A stretch of DNA of 32,000 nt from a virus. Made by a program: the position numbers and the translations under genes. The stretch covers positions 1-32,000 of IMG/VR virus record IMGVR_UViG_3300045988_006330; one strand, 5' to 3'. Of this stretch, positions 1 through 5,669 are shown one piece after another; the first letter of the stretch is position 1; each line of letters starts with the position of its first letter. Under the pieces are notes generated by a model that searched no databases, was not told where the DNA came from, and saw only the letters and a program-made list of their open reading frames with translations.

Positions 1-2
1 AA

Positions 3-59
3 ATGATGTTGAAAAAATTGAATGCCGTTAAATTACGTGCTTTTACGCTGATTGAAATG
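3..59 (+). pseudogene. 5' fragment of a competence type IV pseudopilin gene (ComGC/ComYC-like), interrupted by the prophage
   Basis: ATG at 3 or 6 gives MMLKKLNAVKLRAFTLIEM. This is a short basic leader followed by the class III prepilin-peptidase motif (A/G)-F-T-L-I-E-M. After codon 19 the expected hydrophobic LVVLLI-type helix is replaced by NVTKTLYNFHKIT..., which is antisense to the integrase 3' end. The hybrid ORF stops at 162-164. Confidence 0.6.
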
Positions 60-76
60 AATGTAACTAAAACTCT

Positions 77-1519
77 CTATAATTTCCATAAAATAACGAT
101 GGTTTCACTAGTCACTCTAACCTTGCTTATTAAGGCGCGTGCTATGGCTTTCTGCTGCTCATAATCAAGCGTGAAGACATCCTTGGTATCAAGCACCCGT
201 CTAATATCTTTCTTTCGCTCTACAGCTTTGAGAGAGGTGTCAGCGTCTAGCTCTTTTTCGAGTGCTGTCCTTTCTGCCATGAAGTCGCTTGACCTCTTTT
301 GTAGTTCCTCTAGTGAAATCCTATCGTCGATGTATAGATCATTAAGCCTGCTAATTTTAGCGGTCAGATTGTCAATCTGTTTCTGGTAACTAGCCCGGTC
401 TATCGTCTCTTTATCGGTGTTTGAAAATAGCTTGTCGATATAGTCTGAATCAGTTTGCAGTTTGCTGATTTCGGCCAAGACAAAGTGCTCGATATCGTCT
501 TTGAAATAGAATCCAGAATCACACTTTGCATTGTTATTATAGACAGTCACGCCCTTGGTCTTCCGAGGATGTCGCTGCTTACACTCGTATTTAACTAAGC
601 GAGTGCCATCTTTTCGTATCATGCCCAGTTTGATAGCAAGAGGGGCTGAACAGTAACCGCATTGAGCTATTCCAGAAAGCATGTATTTAGCTTGAAATGG
701 TCTTGGATTGAATCGCTGGGCGGCTGTTCTTTGCCTTGTTTTGATTTCCTCTTGCGTCTTGTTAAAATCGTCCTCGGATACGATAGGTTCATGAGTACCA
801 GGGAATATCTGGCCCTTAAATTGATTATAGCCACAATATACCGGATTCGAGAGGATAACCCTAACTGTTCTATAGTTCCACTCTTTATCTTGCCCGTATT
901 GCTCATTGAGGGCATCTCTGAGCTTGGTTATCGACATACCTGACAGATACCATTTGAACATTTTCCGGACGATTAGGGCTTGATATGGATTGACTGAGAG
1001 CGTGCCAGTCTCTTTGATGTAATCATAGCCGTAAGATGTCTTTGCCCACTGCATAGACTTGCCAGACTTTGCCCGCCCTAGTTTCCCTAGCTGCATGCGT
1101 TCCTTGATTTGTTCTCTTTCGAGTTGGGCAAACACGCTGAGGAGCCCAATCATAGCCTTACCGAATGGCGTTGAGGTGTCGAAGTTTTCGAGCAAGCTGA
1201 CAAATTCTATATTATTTTCCAGAAATACATCTTCAATCAGATAGAGTGTATCTTTCTGACTACGACTTAACCGGTCTAGCTTATACACTAGAACCGTATC
1301 AAACAGCTTTCTCTTTGCGTCTCTTATCAATTGCTCTAGTGCAGGGCGTTCTGTGTTTGACCCAGAGAAACCACCGTCGGTGTATATCTCGTATATATTC
1401 CAATCCTTAATCTCGCAGTAGCTTGTTAGCTTTGCCTTTTGCTCGTCGATAGAATAACCCTCGTCAGCTTGCGACGTGGTCGATACTCGGACATAGATAG
1501 CAACTTTATGCGTTGTCAT
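77..1519 (-). CDS. Large serine recombinase (prophage integrase)
   Basis: The track ORF 77..1714 is trimmed to the internal ATG at 1519, which has a GAGGT RBS 9 nt upstream. The N-terminus MTTHKVAIYVRVSTTSQADEGYSIDEQ is the resolvase-type catalytic domain. DRLSRS, the recombinase domain, a Cys-rich zinc-ribbon region (CGYC...YECKQ) and a C-terminal coiled coil follow. Length 480 aa. Confidence 0.95.
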   Translation of the reverse strand: MTTHKVAIYVRVSTTSQADEGYSIDEQKAKLTSYCEIKDWNIYEIYTDGGFSGSNTERPALEQLIRDAKRKLFDTVLVYKLDRLSRSQKDTLYLIEDVFLENNIEFVSLLENFDTSTPFGKAMIGLLSVFAQLEREQIKERMQLGKLGRAKSGKSMQWAKTSYGYDYIKETGTLSVNPYQALIVRKMFKWYLSGMSITKLRDALNEQYGQDKEWNYRTVRVILSNPVYCGYNQFKGQIFPGTHEPIVSEDDFNKTQEEIKTRQRTAAQRFNPRPFQAKYMLSGIAQCGYCSAPLAIKLGMIRKDGTRLVKYECKQRHPRKTKGVTVYNNNAKCDSGFYFKDDIEHFVLAEISKLQTDSDYIDKLFSNTDKETIDRASYQKQIDNLTAKISRLNDLYIDDRISLEELQKRSSDFMAERTALEKELDADTSLKAVERKKDIRRVLDTKDVFTLDYEQQKAIARALISKVRVTSETIVILWKL

Positions 1520-1606
1520 TGTGTTTGTACCTCGTTTTTGATAAAATGGGTACAGAAAAGAACATGTAAGGCTGTTTTCCAGTTTACACGTTTTTTCTGT
1601 GGTGCT

Positions 1607-1654
1607 AGCTCTACACTCTAAGTTTGGCGACGGTGAGTGTAGGGCTTTTTTATT
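1607..1654 (+). terminator. Intrinsic terminator-like hairpin oriented for the plus strand, antisense to the int-side genes
   Basis: A 12-bp stem (1607-1618 with 1635-1646, core CTACACTC/GAGTGTAG) and a 16-nt loop are followed by TTTTTTATT. On the minus strand the hairpin is followed by AGCACCACAG with no U tract. Confidence 0.55.
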
Positions 1655-2198
1655 GTGATAATAATTTAGTTTTCTGTGCTTGAAATTCTTCCTCAGTGAG
1701 TACGCCGTTATCAACCAATGATTTTAATTTAATCAATTCGTCAGCAATTAGATTCTGCGATAGTGGTTGACTGTTCTGGCTCACTTCTATCTGTGGTCTA
1801 TATAGACTTTGTTTGTATGCTTCTGACGCACGTTTAATCTTGTCAGATAGGACTGGGACGGCAATCTTCGGGATGTTCTTGATATGTGCCCAAGATACCC
1901 CGTTCATCACCGAGATTTCACCTAAGAGAACCCCACTTTTAGACGATACGCCATTGACCATATCAAGAGGGATTTCAGAAGTTTGAACACCATAAATCAT
2001 TCCTTTATCGACAAACATAATGCGTTTTTGAGTTAAAACGATCAAGACAGTGTTGCCGTCATAAAATCCAGATGCTGCATACTGGATAACCTCATCGTCT
2101 GATAGCAATTGCGGCAGGTGGTTGACCTCTTTTCGAGTACCAAACATCTTAGGGACGCCCGCCTGCATTAATTGAGTTTGAACTGTTAATAAATTCAT
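1650..2198 (-). CDS. Bacterial PH-domain (YokE-like) protein with a C-terminal SHOCT domain; function unknown
   Basis: The 182-aa ORF has a GAGGT RBS. The segment LLSDDEVIQYAASGFYDGNTVLIVLTQKRIMFVDKG...GEISV fits the bacterial PH fold pattern. The C-terminus LIKLKSLVDNGVLTEEEFQAQKTKLL is a typical SHOCT motif. No signal peptide or TM segment. Confidence 0.75.
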   Translation of the reverse strand: MNLLTVQTQLMQAGVPKMFGTRKEVNHLPQLLSDDEVIQYAASGFYDGNTVLIVLTQKRIMFVDKGMIYGVQTSEIPLDMVNGVSSKSGVLLGEISVMNGVSWAHIKNIPKIAVPVLSDKIKRASEAYKQSLYRPQIEVSQNSQPLSQNLIADELIKLKSLVDNGVLTEEEFQAQKTKLLSQ

Positions 2199-2202
2199 AA
2201 TG

Positions 2203-2565
2203 TTACCTCATCATTTTTAGAAATTCATTTTTTACAAAAGTCTCATCGCAAATCGTGGTGAGATTATATTTGTTCATAAAACGGACGTAATTAAAATCGT
2301 CCAGGGATTCGTTTTCGAGCAATCCACGGATCATGTCTCTATTGGCGTGAGCTTCGTATTTCTCACGCAAACGCTCATAGTCTTTAGAATTGTGCTCTAG
2401 GTGGCCCAACTCATGCAGAATTACCTTTAAACGTATTTCTGGGGCTAAATCCTTATTGATATAAACCACCCTGTTTATTGGGTCGAGAAAGCCGTTTCGT
2501 GGCCACTCGTTAGAGCTAAACTCGCAGATAGAGACATTGAACTGCTCAAGCAATTCTTTCTCCAT
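2203..2565 (-). CDS. ImmA/IrrE-family zinc metallopeptidase
   Basis: HEXXH motif (ILHELGHLEH), 120 aa. It lies 4 nt downstream of the XRE repressor gene, the usual ImmR/ImmA-type pairing. Confidence 0.9.
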   Translation of the reverse strand: MEKELLEQFNVSICEFSSNEWPRNGFLDPINRVVYINKDLAPEIRLKVILHELGHLEHNSKDYERLREKYEAHANRDMIRGLLENESLDDFNYVRFMNKYNLTTICDETFVKNEFLKMMR

Positions 2566-2569
2566 ACGT

Positions 2570-2917
2570 TTATTTCTCCTTGCTACTCATATAGCCGGCA
2601 ATTATGCCACGGATAGCCCGCTTATCATCCTCGGACAACGGTTTCCCGTCGAACATCATTGCATTAGCTATGATTTCGTCAATGTCATGAGCGTTGGTTG
2701 GTTGCGGTTCGTCCGTAACACCCCATTCAGCGAGCGTGTCCGGTGAAATTCCCAACAAATGACAGATTTTAAAGACATTTTCAGCTTTTGCGTTCATGAT
2801 ACCACGTTCTAAAATAGAGCGAACAGTAGTATAAGAGATGCCGCTTTCTGTTGCAAAAGCTCTTACATTCCCGTATTTAGCTATAATCAGTTCCTTAATT
2901 CTTTCCTCGGCCTGCAT
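2570..2917 (-). CDS. XRE-family HTH repressor (CI-like)
   Basis: N-terminal HTH (GNVRAFATESGISYTTVRSILERG). Divergent from cro across a 150-bp switch region. 115 aa. Confidence 0.9.
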   Translation of the reverse strand: MQAEERIKELIIAKYGNVRAFATESGISYTTVRSILERGIMNAKAENVFKICHLLGISPDTLAEWGVTDEPQPTNAHDIDEIIANAMMFDGKPLSEDDKRAIRGIIAGYMSSKEK

Positions 2918-2949
2918 TTTTTGTAACCCTCATTTCTCTTTCTTCCTAT

Positions 2950-2978
2950 ATATTACCACAGAAAATTGAGTGGGTAAA
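2950..2978 (-). promoter_or_regulatory. Putative repressor promoter (extended -10)
   Basis: On the minus strand: TTTACC (2978-2973), a 17-nt spacer, then TGG-TAATAT (TAATAT = 2955-2950, preceded by TGN). Confidence 0.45.
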
Positions 2979-3009
2979 TAAAAAAAGTAAAAAAAATCGT
3001 ATTTTTCTG

Positions 3010-3038
3010 TTGACAGTGTACGAAAATTAGTATATACT
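3010..3038 (+). promoter_or_regulatory. Early lytic promoter for cro
   Basis: TTGACA (3010-3015), a 17-nt spacer, TATACT (3033-3038). This is followed by AAGGAAGGAGG and the ATG at 3068. Confidence 0.7.
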
Positions 3039-3067
3039 TAAATCAAGCTTAAGGAAGGAGGACACAA

Positions 3068-3271
3068 ATGAAAAACATCGAAGAAATTCGTAAGAATAAA
3101 GGTGTCGCATTAGTAGACATCGCCGACCTACTGGGTGTTGATTCCCGCACGGTTCGTAGCAAAATCGATGGTGTATCTGATTTCAAGTTTGGCGAGACAG
3201 TGGCTATCAAGAAAGCATTCTTCCCAGAATATGAATTAGAATACCTATTCAGCGAACGTGCTGAAGCCTAA
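3068..3271 (+). CDS. Cro-like small HTH regulator
   Basis: 67 aa with the HTH VALVDIADLLGVDSRTVRSKI. First gene of the rightward operon, with a strong RBS. Confidence 0.8.
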   Translation: MKNIEEIRKNKGVALVDIADLLGVDSRTVRSKIDGVSDFKFGETVAIKKAFFPEYELEYLFSERAEA

Positions 3272-3287
3272 ATTTTTTTAACCTAAA

Positions 3288-3305
3288 TATACGAAATTTC
3301 GTATA
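3288..3305. promoter_or_regulatory. 18-bp perfect palindrome TATACGAAATTTCGTATA (operator-like)
   Basis: Perfect dyad read directly from the sequence. The half-site TACGAAA recurs at 3019-3025 inside the cro promoter spacer. An inverted TCGTA lies at 2998-3002. Confidence 0.5.
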
Positions 3306-3336
3306 GATTAGAAGAAAAAGTGAAGATTTCAGCTCC

Positions 3337-3409
3337 GTAGTTAAAACTACACAGCAAATCCAGAAAGGAACAAGATGAACGAAGACTTTACAAGTGTAGT
3401 TGGAACTAC
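3337..3409. promoter_or_regulatory. Two copies of the 14-bp palindrome GTAGTT-NN-AACTAC (3337-3350 and 3396-3409)
   Basis: Both are perfect 6+6 dyads, 59 bp centre to centre, in the 164-bp gap upstream of the antirepressor gene. Confidence 0.45.
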
Positions 3410-3435
3410 GCTTGTAAATATAGAAAGGAGCAAAA

Positions 3436-4188
3436 ATGAATGAATTGATCAACATAACACTGAACGAAAATCATGAGCCGGTTGTTTCTGGTAGACAGCT
3501 ACATGAAACACTAGGAGTTAAGACGGCATATAAAGATTGGTTTCCAAGAATGACCGAGTATGGTTTTGTGGAGGGCGAAGATTTCAACCCGCTCAAAATT
3601 GAGCAAGTTCGGCAAGAAGGAGCGAGGAAGGTCAAGAGACAAATCGAAGACCACGTCTTAAAGCTAGACATGGCGAAAGAAATCGCAATGATTCAACGAA
3701 CAGACAAAGGCAAGGAAGTCCGAACTTACTTTATCCAAGTAGAAAAGGATTTCAATAGCCCAGAGAAAATCATGGCTAGAGCGTTGCTCATGGCTGACAA
3801 GAAAATCAAGCTCTTGGAAAGCCAAAACGAAAACCTCTTGATTGAGTTGGAAGAAGCGACTAAAAACGCTGATTACCTAGATTTGATTTTACAAACCAAG
3901 GACGGCTTGACAATCACCCAAATTGCTCAAGACTACGGGATGTCAGCTCGCAAAATGAACCAACTCTTGAAACGAGAGCGAATCCAACCCACTGTCAATG
4001 GTCAGTGGGTACTATATGCCAAATACCTTGCTAAAGGCTACGCAACAAGCCGAACATTTGATTATGTTGGTAAAGACGGCAAACCCCACAGCAATATGAC
4101 AACAGTCTGGACGCAACTTGGAAGACGCTTCCTATACGAGCGTTTAAAAGCTATCGACATCTTGCCAATCATCGAACAAGAGGATTGA
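3436..4188 (+). CDS. Phage antirepressor (AntA-like N-terminal domain plus KilAC C-terminal domain)
   Basis: The N-terminus VVSGRQLHETLGVKTAYKDWFPRMTEYGFVEGEDF and the C-terminus LTITQIAQDYGMSARKMNQLL...WVLYAKYLAKGY match the antirepressor families I recognise. RBS AAAGGAG. Confidence 0.85.
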   Translation: MNELINITLNENHEPVVSGRQLHETLGVKTAYKDWFPRMTEYGFVEGEDFNPLKIEQVRQEGARKVKRQIEDHVLKLDMAKEIAMIQRTDKGKEVRTYFIQVEKDFNSPEKIMARALLMADKKIKLLESQNENLLIELEEATKNADYLDLILQTKDGLTITQIAQDYGMSARKMNQLLKRERIQPTVNGQWVLYAKYLAKGYATSRTFDYVGKDGKPHSNMTTVWTQLGRRFLYERLKAIDILPIIEQED

Positions 4189-4197
4189 GGATGTCAC

Positions 4198-4331
4198 CTT
4201 GACGGCACTAGTGAGCTAGCGGGACAACGATTCAGTTGAAACGTAAGCAATACCATTAGATGATTTGATTTTATAATGACTCCTAAAAGACAAAAATCAA
4301 AAGTCCTCGCTAGTTCTCTAGTGTCGTCAAG
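4198..4331 (+). repeat. 134-nt imperfect inverted repeat forming a long hairpin (26-bp outer stem); structured RNA or MITE-like element
   Basis: 4198-4223 pairs with 4306-4331: 22 Watson-Crick pairs, 3 G-U pairs and 1 U-U mismatch. The G-U pairs exist only in a plus-strand RNA. An inner 9-bp stem joins 4264-4272 with 4293-4301. The element starts 10 nt after the ant stop codon. Confidence 0.6.
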
Positions 4332-4396
4332 ACAACAAAAAGGCTGACCCCTGCCAGAGTCAGACCCTAAGATATTGAAATCAAGGTAATTATATC

Positions 4397-4537
4397 ATGA
4401 AAAAACAAAAATGGGAACCGGCCATAATCAACATTATGGCAGACGGTTCCATAGTTGAAGATTTAACCAAGTACACGATACCAGCAGGGCATAGCTACTA
4501 CGATATCGTGGCAAGCATATACCAGAAAGGAGCATAG
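4397..4537 (+). CDS. Small hypothetical protein (46 aa)
   Basis: ATG at 4397 to TAG at 4535-4537: MKKQKWEPAIINIMADGSIVEDLTKYTIPAGHSYYDIVASIYQKGA. It is below the ORF-track cutoff and has a weak RBS. Non-repetitive composition. Confidence 0.4.
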   Translation: MKKQKWEPAIINIMADGSIVEDLTKYTIPAGHSYYDIVASIYQKGA

Positions 4538-4547
4538 GTCATGGGAT

Positions 4548-4913
4548 ATGAAGTATATCCAACGAAACACAGACAACAACTATACTCAAATGAATAACCA
4601 CTCAGCCCAAAACGCTGAACTGAGCTTACAAGCTAAAGGCTTATTATGGGTGCTAATGACTAATAAAGACGACTGGAGGCCCTACATTGAGGAACTTTCC
4701 AAGCGTTCAAAAAGCGGCAGAGATGCACACCGAACAGCCTTTAATGAGTTGAAAAAAGCGGGATACATCCGTATCTATCGCAAGAGCTTGGGACGTGGTA
4801 AAGGGGTTCAAACTTACCCACTTGTCCAAGACATACCGATTACAGATAGCTATTGGGATTATTGGGTTAGTCGGATTGAAAAAGAGTTATCAACAGAAGT
4901 TGTGGATAACTGA
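4548..4913 (+). CDS. Winged-HTH protein resembling the N-terminal origin-binding domain of phage DnaD-like/replisome-organiser initiators (domain only)
   Basis: YTQMNNHSAQNAELSLQAKGLLWVLMTNKDDWRPYIEELSKRSKSGRDAHRTAFNELKKAGYI fits the YTxIPNxLL...LSxxAKGLLxYLLSxPDDW...GRDxIxxxLkELeeaGYL pattern. It is only 121 aa and iterons follow directly. The start is uncertain (4548 or 4590). Confidence 0.7.
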   Translation: MKYIQRNTDNNYTQMNNHSAQNAELSLQAKGLLWVLMTNKDDWRPYIEELSKRSKSGRDAHRTAFNELKKAGYIRIYRKSLGRGKGVQTYPLVQDIPITDSYWDYWVSRIEKELSTEVVDN

Positions 4914-4938
4914 GTTACAACTTACTGACTTTACGTAA

Positions 4939-5010
4939 GTTGAAAAGTTCAAAAGTTGAAAAGTTCAAAAGTTGAAAAGTTCAAAAGTTGAAAAGTTCAA
5001 AAGTTGAAGA
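4939..5010. repeat. Tandem iterons: 4.5 copies of the 16-bp unit GTTGAAAAGTTCAAAA
   Basis: Read directly. Copies are perfect except the last half unit (GTTGAAGA). An 8-bp dyad CAACTTAC/GTAAGTTG (4918-4925 and 4935-4942) precedes them. Confidence 0.9.
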
Positions 5011-5044
5011 ATCCGACACTAATAATAACTAATAAACAATAAAG

Positions 5045-5140
5045 ACTAAGTAATAATAATATGGCGTTGACACGCACCAACTGATAACAATATGGTGCTG
5101 TCGCACACTAAGTAATAATAACTACTAACTGATAACAATA
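5045..5140. repeat. AT-rich block with direct repeats and two 12-bp dyads
   Basis: ACTAAGTAATAATAA occurs at 5045-5059 and 5107-5121. AACTGATAACAATA occurs at 5079-5092 and 5127-5140. The dyads are GCGTTGACACGC (5064-5075) and GTGCTGTCGCAC (5095-5106). Confidence 0.6.
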
Positions 5141-5175
5141 CAGTAGTTGTTAGAAGAATAAGAGAGGTAATAAAC

Positions 5176-5319
5176 ATGAAAAAACTATTTGGATGGATTT
5201 GGAGCAAAAAGCAAAATGAAGTAGAAGTCTTTGAGGTAAGACCGTATCGCATGATTGACGAAAAGGTAAGAGACTTCAATGCAGACCACGGATTGCCATT
5301 AGATCAATTAGTGGGGTAA
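5176..5319 (+). CDS. Small hypothetical protein (47 aa)
   Basis: AGAGAGG RBS 8 nt upstream of the ATG. MKKLFGWIWSKKQNEVEVFEVRPYRMIDEKVRDFNADHGLPLDQLVG. Below the ORF-track cutoff. Confidence 0.35.
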   Translation: MKKLFGWIWSKKQNEVEVFEVRPYRMIDEKVRDFNADHGLPLDQLVG

Positions 5320-5669
5320 CTCATGAAGCTGCTAAAGAAATTGCTAACCAGAAAGAAGCCCAAACAGCAAGAGCCGTTCTTTGAATGGGTGGAAACCCCC
5401 AGAGGAAAAACAAGAGCGGCTTAAACAGAAATATACCAAAAAGCAACATCTTTCAGCGTGTAGCCATGGCCCTGCCGTTGAGTGTAACTTATACCCATAA
5501 TTTTTCCCCAAAAAAACTTTACTAAATTACTTTTTTCCTAATTTTCCCATTCAAAAGTCTAATAAAACATTGAAACATGACACGGTGGGGCTTTGGGTGC
5601 ACGTTGAGAGCACTAAAAAACACGGGTAAGGGCCCGTGCTAGAAAAAACATCTATAAGGAGATTATACC

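Noticed and set aside
1520-1714. 65-codon N-terminal extension of the integrase ORF in the track (start at 1714)
   Set aside because: The extension has an unprotein-like sequence, overlaps the PH-SHOCT gene end and crosses the hairpin. The canonical serine-recombinase N-terminus MTTHKVAIYVRVS starts at 1519 and has its own RBS.
4272-4277. TATAAT hexamer inside the long hairpin as a promoter for the downstream small ORFs
   Set aside because: There is no acceptable -35 element or TG extension at the right spacing. An isolated hexamer in AT-rich sequence is expected by chance.
4939-5010. The tandem 16-bp repeats as a possible CRISPR array
   Set aside because: The repeats are directly adjacent with no spacers, the unit is too short, and there are no cas genes. 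They fit replication iterons beside a wHTH initiator-like gene.
5323-5424. 33-codon ORF MKLLKKLLTRKKPKQQEPFFEWVETPRGKTRAA
   Set aside because: It is very short and highly basic with no clear RBS, so it cannot be supported as a gene from sequence alone.
5609-5650. Hairpin CACGGG-TAAGGG-CCCGTG just upstream of the LPXTG gene as a terminator insulating the moron
   Set aside because: The T-run follows the hairpin only on the minus strand, where there is nothing nearby to terminate. On the plus strand it is flanked by A-runs. It may be a 5'-UTR structure, and the evidence is insufficient for a call.
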